DNA from: a virus | IMG/VR virus record: IMGVR_UViG_3300045988_135886 | Direction: 5' to 3' (one strand) | DNA: 64,000 nt | Shown: positions 35,538 through 46,600 of the stretch, piece after piece | How the letters are laid out: every line of letters starts with the position of its first letter | How positions within the stretch are numbered: the stretch's first letter is position 1 | Translations under genes and position numbers: made by a program | Notes under the pieces: model-generated | What the model saw: the letters and a program-made list of their open reading frames with translations, nothing else | What the model was told of the DNA's origin: nothing | Database searches by the model: none

Positions 35538-38069
35538 ATGGCTGATTATATAATAAACGTTGGTGTACAAGTCGAGGACAGTGCGCTAAATGCATTAGAA
35601 ACACGAATTAATTCTTTAAAAGAGAAGCACATTAAACTAGGTGTGGAATTAAGTAATACTAAACAGCTAACTAAAAATGCACAGACAGCGGTAAAGACAA
35701 TAAGTAAAGCAACTGCCAAAGCCGCTAAAAATACTCCTGTTATTAAGGGATCTAATCTTGTAGAACAGATGGTAAATCCTGAAGAAGCTTTAAAATCTAT
35801 GGCTAATACAGTCAGTAAGCTGTCAAGGTATCAGGACAAGCTTGATCTAGGAGAAGTAAAACTTTCCGTAAATCAAGGTATTATGGGGGAGCTTGATGGA
35901 CTTTTAGCCAAACTTAATGAAATAAAATCTACAGCTAAAAACATGGGCTCTATTAAGCTTACTGTTGGAGACAATATAAAAACTAAAGACGGTAAAATAG
36001 TTGTTGGAGAAACTACTAGTTCTTCTAATACTGCAAGATCTACAGGCATTACTCTTAGACAAGCTCAAGCTGAAATTAAGAGAAATATGAAGACAATAGG
36101 AACCCTACAGGAACAGTATATAAGTGGGATTATTGATGAAAGTACTTATAAACAGTCAAAGAGAACTATAGGACATAGAAATTCTCAGCTGGCTAGACAG
36201 ATACAAAATCAAGGTACTGCTTCTGATTGGGTTACTTCTGCATCTGACATTCGAGGAGCACAGGCTAAGAATCAAGAAGCATACAAAGCAATGACTCAGA
36301 GTGCTTCAGAATATGACAAAGTTATCACTAATTTGGGTGAGAAACAGAAGACATTCAATAAAATGGCTCAAGTATATAATCCTAACAATGGTAAACCATT
36401 AGATAAAACTCTAGGACAAGGTTATGATGAAAGATTAAAATCTTTCAATGATACATATGAGCAATTAAAAAAATCTCGTGATAGTCTTGCGACTCTTACT
36501 GGAGACGAAAGAGACACTGAGCAAGTACGTTTTGCTGCTCTTCGCTCTGAAGCCAATCGTCAAGCTAGATATCTCGGTAATACTAATCAGTTTTTCTCAC
36601 GTACTCCAAATAGATATAGCCGTTCAGAATATATTGGTACAGATTTAGATCCAGCATCTGATAAGGTCCGTCTTAAGATGGAACAAATGTCAGCAGATCT
36701 GGCAAAAGGAAGCAAATACACAACAGAGTTTAATGCAGCACAAGGTAAAATGTATGCTACTATTGATAGAGGGTCTGGTGTATTTGAAAAATATCAATTA
36801 GCATATAAAAATGGTCCAGGTAATATTGACCAGTCTCTTACTAAAGTTACACAAAGTGTAAAACCTTTATCTAGTTATCTTTCTGAAATGGGACAAAAGT
36901 TCCGTAGTCTTAGCCAGTATCTTGTAAGCAATTTTGGATTCCAAGCATTAACAACGGGTGTCAGATCCGGTGTCGAATCAATAAAAGAATTAGATTCAGC
37001 GATGACTGAACTTAAGAAAACATCAGATGGTACAAAACAAGAATATAGAGACTTTACTACTCAGGCCAGAACTGATGCCAAAGACATTGGTAGTACAACA
37101 ACTCAGATTACTAGTAGTGCTGCTGATTTTTCTCGTCTTGGATATAGCTTAAATGAATCTCAGACTTTAGCTAAAAATACAGGTATTTTAAAAAATGTAT
37201 CAGAATTCGGATCTATAGATGATGCAACAACCGCTATGATTTCCATGATGAAAGCATACGATGTAAAAGTTGATGATTCTATGGATCTCGTTGATAAAAT
37301 GAATCTTATTGGTAACAACTATGCAATTTCTACAGACGGAATTGCCACTGCTTTACAAGATTCAGGTTCAGCATTAGTAGCAGCGGGAAATGACTTCGAT
37401 AAATCAGTTGCTCTCGTTACGGCAGCAAATAGTGTAGTGCAGGATCCATCGAAGGTAGGTGCTGGTCTTAGAACAATTGCATTACGACTTAGAGGCACTT
37501 CTGCTGAAGAATTATCTTCTATGGGTGAAGATACAGAAGGTCTTGTAGAGACCACTTCTAAACTTAATTCAAATATTAAATCTCTTACTGCCGTTAACGG
37601 TAAGGCTGGAGTTTCTATTCTTGATATGAATGGAAACTATAGAGATACTTATGATATTTTAAAAGATATCTCTCAGGTTTGGGATGATATTGGTAAACAA
37701 GATTTGGCAGATGGTCAGAATAGACAGGCTGCTCTGCTTGAAATGATGGCAGGAAAAAATAGAAGTAATATTCTTGCATCCATATTGCAGCATCCTGAAT
37801 TGCTTACAGATGTTTATAATGATTCCGCAAATAATTATCAAAATTCAGCTCAGAACGAGCTTAATACATACCTTGATTCTATCGAAGCAAAAACAACTAA
37901 AATTAAAGAATCTTGGTCACAGTTATGGCAATCAGAAGGTAGTACTAATACTTTTAAAGGATTGCTTGATATTGGCAACGGCGCTGTAGGACTCTTAAAT
38001 GGTTTGGGACTTAATAAATCCTTAGCCGGAGTCGGCGGTATGCTTGTTAGCCATGCTATGAACTGGGGT
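35538..38069 (+). CDS. tail tape measure protein, exon 1 (TP901-type core region)
   Basis: RBS gaggtgag. NLIGNNYAISTDGIATALQDSGSALVAAGNDFDKSVALVTAANSVVQDPSKVGAGLRTIALRL. The listed ORF runs 9 further codons to 38096. Confidence 0.75.
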
Positions 38070-38525
38070 GGGACAAATTATCAGTTGGTCCTTTAGAAAA
38101 CGCCCCATGTAACCTGGTGGTGACACGGAACGATCTCATATGAGAAAGGGGTTACTAAGCAAACAACCGAAACTGTCTTTATTCGAAGGAATAGAGAAAT
38201 GCTTTTAATTTAGCATTCAGGGTGAACCGAAGTATATACTACTCCCCTATTACAGCAATGTAATAGGTATAGTAACAACGTATATATATGGGTGATCTGC
38301 AGCGAAGCTTCTCTCTGAGAAGAACGTTCATCGACTATAATGGGAACTTGGTCTCTGGATCAAGAAGGAATAGTCAGGACTGTTAGGCAGCTTGCGCCGA
38401 ATAAATTAAAGGGTAAATACATCTTACTCTCGTAAGCAATCTTACCTTATGTGCAAAGGTGATGTAAGCACAAATCTTTACTTTATTATTCTTCTATGCT
38501 ATATTTCACATAGGAGGGTAAAACT

Positions 38526-38990
38526 ATGATAATAAATAATTCTATCAGAACTTATGCACCAATTGCTCCGCCATATTTTGACGGATGCTTATTTATGAAT
38601 GCAACTTATGAAATGCCAGAGGAACTGGCCAATTTGTTTACTAAAGGATTAGAATCCTTAAGCAAACATTTATATGAAAAAAATATTGATCCTACTAAAT
38701 TATTTCCTGTAAGTTTAATATTTACAAAAGATGGCAGTTTTTCTGTCACCGAAAATGAAGCAACCACTTATGGAAGATGTATGTCTTTTTTAGTATACTC
38801 CATGGAACGAATAATTACATCTAACAATCAACACATGCAGCTATTCGCATTTATTGAAGAATTAGTGCATTACTATTTTCAAGAAACAAATGAAACAAAA
38901 GTCAAACTAACTACTTTTTCTGTTGTCCAGAAAATATTCCCAGAAATAACTTTCGAGGAGGTAACATCATGGGGAGTAAATTGGAGTTAA
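38526..38990 (+). CDS. intron-cargo hypothetical protein (154 aa)
   Basis: RBS taggaggg. No homing-endonuclease motif. Contains FIEELVHYYFQE. Confidence 0.55.
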   Translation: MIINNSIRTYAPIAPPYFDGCLFMNATYEMPEELANLFTKGLESLSKHLYEKNIDPTKLFPVSLIFTKDGSFSVTENEATTYGRCMSFLVYSMERIITSNNQHMQLFAFIEELVHYYFQETNETKVKLTTFSVVQKIFPEITFEEVTSWGVNWS

Positions 38991-39254
38991 TGTTTATTAG
39001 CAAAGAGAAAAGTCAAATAATTAATTCTCCTATTATAAAAGGTATTACTTGTGATACTTATAAAACAAACTTACAAAATTCATCAAAAGAGCAAAAGACT
39101 ATTCAGTCTCCTGCTCTTTCTTAATATAATACGTACAATCTTCGTTTTCAAAGTACGGACATTCCTCTTCCCTGCACTCTTTATAAAGAGGACATTCTAA
39201 TATTTCCATAATCTTTAAACCTCCATAATATAGTTTTGAAAGTAGGTGTATTTA

Positions 39255-39425
39255 ATGGATAAAAACATTTTTGATAGATTAGTTCCTAAATATCTTCAAA
39301 AGCTAAGCTCAGACGAAATTACAGATTTACTTATAGAAATCAGTGATATTGGCAGAACAAAATTTATCAGTAATTACCCAAAAGAAATTGCTGATCAACT
39401 CCCAGGATATGACTTATACGAATAA
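39255..39425 (+). CDS. intron-cargo small ORF (56 aa, MDKNIFDRLVPKYLQKL...)
   Basis: RBS gtaggtg. Below the ORF-track cutoff. Followed by the hairpin at 39503. Confidence 0.4.
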   Translation: MDKNIFDRLVPKYLQKLSSDEITDLLIEISDIGRTKFISNYPKEIADQLPGYDLYE

Positions 39426-39502
39426 TCTTTTTCGGTTGTATTCAATGCAGTCGAGATTGTTAACTTTCCTATAGTATTGTGCAGAGTGTTAGTGTACAGA
39501 AA

Positions 39503-39526
39503 GGAGAACTGTGGTGGCAGTTCTCC
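39503..39526. terminator. bidirectional hairpin between the convergent cargo blocks
   Basis: 9-bp stem ggagaactg/cagttctcc. T-rich on both sides in the respective orientations. Confidence 0.55.
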
Positions 39527-39604
39527 TTCTATTAAATAAAAATTTTAAAAAGAGAAATACATATGACGAAGTAATTAAATGATAAAGTAGAACATTATTA
39601 GCGA

Positions 39605-39790
39605 TTAGTCAACTTTTTTATTCTTGTATTGTCTTTTCATCATTCCGGTGATAAATTTGACTTTCTCATCAGATAATTCTGGATGATTGCAAATTTGATC
39701 AACAGTATGATTTTTCGAGTTGTAATATAGACCAGCTAATATTACAACAAGTAAAAGACTACTAAGAGATATTATTATTCCAGTATTCAT
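39605..39790 (-). CDS. intron-cargo single-pass membrane protein (61 aa)
   Basis: ATG 39790 with RBS gggggtg. Transmembrane segment IIISLSSLLLVVILAGLYY. Confidence 0.55.
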   Translation of the reverse strand: MNTGIIISLSSLLLVVILAGLYYNSKNHTVDQICNHPELSDEKVKFITGMMKRQYKNKKVD

Positions 39791-40037
39791 ATTCTTCTTT
39801 TCACCCCCTTCCCTTATAAATTTCTTTATTGGGGAAGTGTATTGCCCAGAACGGGCAGATTCTTCGTCCACATCAACAATACAGAATGTATGCCAACACT
39901 TCTGCATGATCAAAAGAAATGATCAAGTATATTATCGTGCAGCGAGTTATAATGCAGCACCTATAACCATAATATACCTAGTAGTATAATAACAATATTC
40001 GACAACTTTGTATATACAGAACATTAGTTTATTATAA

Positions 40038-40547
40038 TCAAAACTTAGCTCCACACTTACAGCACTGATAAGTCTTACCAAGATCACCTGCTCCAAAAAG
40101 ACCAAACAGACCTATCTTCATTGCTTTTCTTGTTCCAGTGATTTTCTTAAGATTTGTGCTGCCGCAGATTGGACACTTAGGCCCAGTAGAGAATTTCTGA
40201 GCATTCTGTTTGGCATACCACTGGTCTGTGTTTTTGTTTCGTTGCTCTACTCCTTCAGGAGATTCCCAGTATTTTCTTTCTGCAGTGGCTGCTTTGGTAA
40301 CATCAGAGTCTAGCTTGCCATAGAAATATTTCTCTCGGAGCATTTCATCAGATTCTTCTATGCTAGGATAATCACCATTATGTGTTTTTTTATACTCTTC
40401 TGTTACTTCTGCATAAGCTTTAGAAAAGTTTATTGTTGTACCTATAAGATTACCCTTTAAACAACTTGAACATAAATCACCTATAGTATTTGAACAACTC
40501 ACTGCTCCACATTTATTACAAAATAAAAGTTCACTCATAATTTTCAC
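40038..40547 (-). CDS. intron-cargo double zinc-ribbon protein (169 aa)
   Basis: RBS aaaggtg. CNKCG...CSSC at the N-terminus and CPICG...CCKCG at the C-terminus, with a G-rich hydrophobic patch IGLFGLFGAG. Confidence 0.6.
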   Translation of the reverse strand: MKIMSELLFCNKCGAVSCSNTIGDLCSSCLKGNLIGTTINFSKAYAEVTEEYKKTHNGDYPSIEESDEMLREKYFYGKLDSDVTKAATAERKYWESPEGVEQRNKNTDQWYAKQNAQKFSTGPKCPICGSTNLKKITGTRKAMKIGLFGLFGAGDLGKTYQCCKCGAKF

Positions 40548-40575
40548 CTTTTATATAGTTTTTAAGATGAACTAT

Positions 40576-40604
40576 ATTATATCACAGTATCTGGTTTTTG
40601 AAAA
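40576..40604 (-). promoter_or_regulatory. leftward promoter for the antisense cargo block, straddling the predicted 3' splice site
   Basis: The reverse complement gives ttttca (40604-40599), 17 nt, then tgatataat (-10 at 40581-40576). About 30 nt upstream of ATG 40547. Confidence 0.5.
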
Positions 40605-43600
40605 GAACGATCAAGGTGGAATTTTACCAGAAACACGTTGGAGTAGAAGAACAAGATTGTACAACGAAGGTCGTGCGGAGGCTTTATCAAATTGGAAAGA
40701 ATATGATAATGACACAAGAGCATTGACCCAGCTTAATAATGCACTTCAGAATAATGGTCAAACTATTACCGATAACGCAGAAAGACAGAAAATTGCTGAT
40801 AAAACTCTAAAAAATGCCAGTGAAAGAGCGAAAGAATATGGTAACCAAATTGTAGCGAATACGAAAACTCTTAGTGACTTTAAGAAAGAGAATGAAGTAG
40901 AGGACCCCAATAAGCAAGTAAAACCTAAATTTACTGATGGATTAAAAAGTTTTGCTTCTTCTGCACTTTCATCAATTGGTAATGCTGTTGTTTCTGCCGG
41001 TACAGCAATGATTGCACAGCAATTAATCTCATGGGGACTTCAAGGTATTGATGCTATTGTTCATTGGAATGATAACATTATTGCTAAAGGAAAAGAAGCA
41101 AAAGAAACAATCCTTGAGCAAAATCAAACTTATAAAGATCAGAAGTCTCAATTAGAAGAGCTCCAAGAACAATATACAAAATACGCTTCAGGTGTCAAAA
41201 TCTCTGGTAATATTATTAAAAATGCCACTCTTTCGGATGAAGATTTTCAAGCGTTTCTCGATACAAGTAATCAAATTGCTAACTTAGCACCTTCTATGAT
41301 TGATGGTTGGGACTCTGAAGGCAATGCTATTCTTAAATTTGGAACGGATACCAAAGAAGCTAATCAGCAAATTTCAGATTATATTCAACTCCAACGTGAC
41401 GTAACACATCTATCCATTAGAGATAATCTACAGGATGAGTATAAGGGTGTAGTTAAAGATGCAGAGAAAACTGGAAAAGAAATTTCTAATAAAAAAGATC
41501 AAAAAAAGGAAGCAGATACTATTACATCTGGATGGACCGCATTAAAAAATGCAACCGAAACAGATGGACCTATTACTTTTACTACAACTGCACCACAAAA
41601 AGAAGTTGAAGAATTACTAGATAAATATAAAGTTACATCGTTAATAACTAGCGATGTAAATGGTGATACTTATACAGTAGATATGTCAGAGCTTTCTGCG
41701 GCAGATAAAAATGCTCTTAAAACGTCTCTTGAATCTAAAGAAGCATTAGCTCAAGGTAATGCCAATTTAATTGAATCTGAAAAACTTGCTCAAGAAGCTG
41801 TACAAGCATCTAAATGGAAAGATTTACTTCCAAGTTTACAAGCATATGTTGAATCATCAAATATGTTTGATAACATGGATTCAGATGTTGCAGAAAGAGC
41901 TAAAAATGGCATTAACACAATGCTATCCAATATTGATATTTCTAAAATGACAGATCAAATAAAAGATGCTGGTGGTATTGATGATTGGATTGATAAGACT
42001 TTAATCGCTCCTATGACATCGGGTTCGAAAGATGTTCAAAAAGCTTGGGCTGACCTTTTTTCATTGGAAGACTCTTATGGTTCCGAAGATTCAAAGATGA
42101 CAGTTGGAGAATGGTCCAAACAGCGAAATGATTATCTTAAAACAATTTCTGAAGGTACTGGTGAAAGTTTTGATAGTCTTGCTAAAAAATTAGGATATAA
42201 AACTGATGAAGGTTGGACTGTTAGAGAACAGATTAACAATGCAGCTGCTCGTCTTTATGGAAAAAACTATGATAGAGATCAAAGAGCGGAAATAGGTAGT
42301 TATTTAAATGGATTGACCAAAGATAATTATGAAATAGCTATTGATTTACTTATTAATGGTGATAAAGCATTTTCTTCTTTAGATGAATTTAAAGAAAAAG
42401 TTAATGAAGCAATAAGCAATGCTAAGAATCAGGCAGATGAAGCTGCTGTTTCTTTAGATTCAATGGAAACGAAAGTATCAACTGCTAAGTCTACTCTTTC
42501 TTCTATGGGAACTATTCTTACAGAGACTACTTCTGCAGGTGGAATTTCTAAAGACAATGTTAAGATCCTTTCTACTGCTTTCAAAGATGTGAAAGATCCT
42601 CGTGGCATTGAGCAAAATGTTAATGATTTATTCACCACTACTTCTGATGGTATCAAACTAAACATAGATGCTTTGAAAACCTTTACGGAATATCAGGCTG
42701 AAGCCACTGATGGAGATTTCGAAAAGGGTATTAAGTTACAGACTAAAGCTATTGCCGAGCAAGCAGAAGAAACAGATAAAGCTTGGAAAGCTATTGCTAA
42801 AGCCGATGACAAGGAAGCAGCTAGAGCAACTTATGACGCAGAAAAAGATAAATTAAAAGATGCTAGAGACGAATATTTATCCTATATGCAATCTCAGTCT
42901 GAATGGCAAGCGACTAAGAAACAGCAACAGGAACTTCTCTCCTATTATTCTCAGTGGCAACGTGCTCAGAGTACGGAGAATGCCGGAGATAAATATAATA
43001 ACATTGTCGCAGGACTAAAGAATGCTAAAGATGCATATGATAAAGGTCTTGTAGGTACAGATGATTTTAAATCATTTGCTGCTCTTATTTCTCCTACAGG
43101 TTCAGATGATAGAGCAAACTTTGCAGAGAATTATGGTAAAGCTGTAAGATACCTCACAGAAGATAAGACAGGTGTTAATAATTTCTTAGCTGATCTTAAA
43201 TCTAAGGGTATGGCATCTTATGATGATGCAAGTAAAAGATGGTCATTTGACATAGATGATATGAGTAAAGCCGCTCGATCAATGGGAATCAGCAAAGAAT
43301 TCATGAGTGCTAACTTCGGTCGTCTTCGTGATTATGGCATTGATAATAACTTTATATCATCTATAGAGGAAGGTATAGACAGAACTCAAGAACTTACTTC
43401 TGCCCTTTCAGATGAACAGAAACGACTCGAAGAACTGAAAAATACAGATAGTACTAACACTACTGCTATTTCTGCTTCTGAGGATAAAGTTAATAAATAT
43501 AAACAGGATTTAAAAGAAACCTATGATAACATGGAGTCTTATTCAGAAGATGCTGCTCAAAATGCTGTTGATAATTTCAATTCATCTGCCATGGGAGCGC

Positions 43601-46600
43601 AAGCCTACGAAGAAGAGATAAAAAGAGTTCAAAAAAATGATCAATTGACAAATGATCAGCGAAATGCAGCTATTAATCAATTAAAAGCTAAACAAGAAGA
43701 GCTAGCTGCTTCTGCCGGTACAACTGTTGAAGCTCTTTTAGGAACAGATGTATCTTCATTAATGGATGGTATCATAACAGATTCTGCTTCTGTTACTACA
43801 GCTCTTGATGGTATCAATAAAGCATATGAAGAACAGAACACAGATGTTACTTCTTTAGTAGACACTCTTGGAAAATATACTTCTGAACAGTTAGAAGGTA
43901 TAGATTTCAATGATGGTAAATGGGACACTGAATTAGGTGATGCAGAAAAAGCTGTTGAATCTTTATGCGAAAAACTCGGTTTAACTAAAGACCAAGCTCG
44001 TTCTGTTATTGAGGCTTTAAAAGAAGCTGGTAAATTAAAAGATTCTGAGAAAAGTAGTGATTCCTCTAAAGAAACTACTAAGGGGTCTTGGGAGAAACCA
44101 CAGACTGCTGAACAGATGGGATTCGGTGATGATCCTGATAGGGCTGCTGAATATACACATTCATTGGAAGCTCTTACTGCTGCCCATAAAGAAAACGATG
44201 CCGCTACTGAAAAGTCATTTGAAACCCTTTCTAAATATAACCGTACACAATTAGAGGGCATCAAATTAAATGATGGTGCTTATAATGTTGAGGGTATGGA
44301 ACAGGCTGAAGATGCCATACAACAGTTAGCAGATAAGACTCAGTTGTCTAAAGATCAGATCCTTACTGCTCTTGAAGGTCTTGGTGTTTTGAAAGTTAAT
44401 GCTCCTACTATGGATGCGACAAAAGGTTTGGAAGATTTAGTTTCTGAGGCTAAAGATGCACAGGACGAATTGTCTGACCTTACTGGTAAAACATACACAT
44501 TTGATTTTGATACTACTGATTTAGATACTGCTCATAAACAGGTAGCTGACCTGCAGGAAGAAGTAAATAAATATAGAGATCGTGATGGTAAATACCATCC
44601 AGAGATTACTGGCGGAGAACAGGTGCAATCAATGTACAAAGCCGCTATTGCTCAAGAACAGAATGCTGAATATAGTTCTTCTGCTATTGGACAGTCTAGC
44701 TTATCATCAGATGTCGTACAAGCTGCTCAAGATTTCATGCAAGCCAAGAATGAAATGGATCAACAAACACAACTCTATCAGAATGGTATGGACAACACCC
44801 TTGATCAGGCTACTCAAGATGCCAATGCAGCTTTTGAAACCTTACAACAGGCTCAGACTGATTCAGGTATCAAATTAGTAGATACAGACAATATTCAAAC
44901 TGCCGAAGATCAGTTATTACAATTATCCAATGAAGATATTGGTGATAAAATCAAAATAGATGTTGATACAACTTCTGTTGATGACGCTCTTGCCGATGTA
45001 CAAGCACTTGCAGCAGACGGAAAAATGGGAAGTATTGACTTAGATTTTAATGTTAATACGATGTCTATTGATGATATAGATTCTAAGATAGAAGAATTGA
45101 CAAATCAACAGAAAGTATTAACTATTCTAGGAGATGTTGAGGGAGCAGATAAAGTACAAGCTCTTATTGATGCCTTGCAGCAAGTACATGACAAACAAGT
45201 TGAAGTTGTTGCACAGACCCAAGGTGCAGATTTAGTAGACCAACTTCAGTCACGAATAGCCGAATTGCAAGATAAGAATGTATCTATTGATGCAATTGTT
45301 CAAGATGATAAAGTTCAAAGTCTTATAAGTGAAATTGCTGCTCTCCCACCAGAAGTCCAAATAGCTATTGGTGTAAATGAAAATAATGTAGGAAATGCAG
45401 AAGCTATCAAAGCTCAGATTGAATCCGATCCTGCAAGTATTACTGTAAATTATGTTAAAGGTGAAGAACCTGAAAAAGCGGATGACATTGAAGGAAAAGC
45501 TAATTTTACTCTTGGAGAACATCCTACAAAAGCTCCAGACATTTCAGGTACAGCTAATTATAGTCTTGGTAGTTATCCTAAAACTGCTCCAACTATTTTT
45601 GGTACTGCTGTTTATACTAAAAAGATTCAAGCTTCTGGCACAATGACATCAGTTGCTCACGCTTCTGGAACAGCTTATAACGTTCTTAATATGAGACCTC
45701 TCTCTTCTGCTCATGCAAAAGGTGATGTAGCACTTAAACATGATGAGCAAGCACTTATTAATGAGGTATGCATCAACGGTCATTCTGAATCCATAGTGCG
45801 TGATGGTGTATGGTCGCTTATTCCTGGTGGTGCTCATATTGAGAATTTGAAAAAAGGTGACATCATCTTTTCAGCTACTCAAACAGAGGATTTATTAAAA
45901 CATGGTGCTACACATGGTCATGCTAGAGCATATGCACAAGGCACTGCTTCCAGTGTAACCCTTGCTCCTGCCTATGCAGACGGTACATCAGAATTAGATG
46001 ATACAATTAAAAAAGTAAGTACTCAAGCTAAAGACTGGATAGAAACTGCTCTTGATCGTTTAGAGAGAATCGTTGAAAAGTATCAAGATATCGCTGAAAG
46101 CGATTATAGTAATTATAAGTCTTCTGAGAAGAATTATGATAAAGCACTTAAAAATCTGAATAAACAATTACAGACACAAAAAGATTCCAGAGCAAAATAC
46201 GTAGCTAAAGCAAATGAAGTTGCTTCTGCTGTTGGTTTATCTGACGAACTGAAAAAGAAAGTCCAGAATGGTACAATCAATATTGAAAGTTTATCCGAAG
46301 ATGATAAGAAACGTGTTGACGCATATCAGGAATGGTATGAAAAAATCTTGGATTGTGACAAAGCGATTCGTGAACTCACTAAGTCACAGAAAGATTTAGC
46401 TAAAGCAAAGGTCGAACGTGTTATTGAAGCTTATGACACCGTCATAGGTAAACGTGAGAATAAAGCTGACTATTACAAAGCTAAACAGGAATTGAGAATC
46501 TCACAAGGGTATAATCAGAAACCTGGTTCTAAATATGAAAAATACATGAAAAAGGAACTCTATTATACCAATGAACAGAAACGTCTTACTGATAAAGAAA

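Larger units (their letters stand above)
38070..40593 (+). mobile_element. ~2.5-kb group I-type intron in the tape-measure gene, carrying non-endonuclease cargo
   Basis: Guide gaaaac-gcccca (38096-38107) pairs with tggggt (38064-38069) and with gttttt (40594-40599) after G40593. Q-like gatctgcagcg (38293-38303), R-like gttcatcgactat (38326-38338), S-like gaaggaatagtcagg (38364-38378). The join is in frame. Confidence 0.6.

Noticed and set aside
38058-40573. 7-nt direct repeat ATGAACT (38058-38064 and 40567-40573) in the same codon phase on both sides of the tape-measure interruption. This suggested a target-site duplication of a transposon-like insertion, or a splice junction at 38057/40567.
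   Set aside because: No guide sequence in the intron pairs with ...catgct. The 38069/40594 junction is supported by 6+6 bp of contiguous P1/P10 pairing, a layout validated on two other introns. There are no terminal inverted repeats or transposase. I keep it as an alternative, because both junctions are in frame and differ by only a few residues.
38070-40593. Group II intron as the explanation for the large tape-measure interruption.
   Set aside because: There is no GUGYG 5' end, no reverse-transcriptase/maturase ORF and no domain V-like hairpin. Group I R/S-type boxes are present instead.
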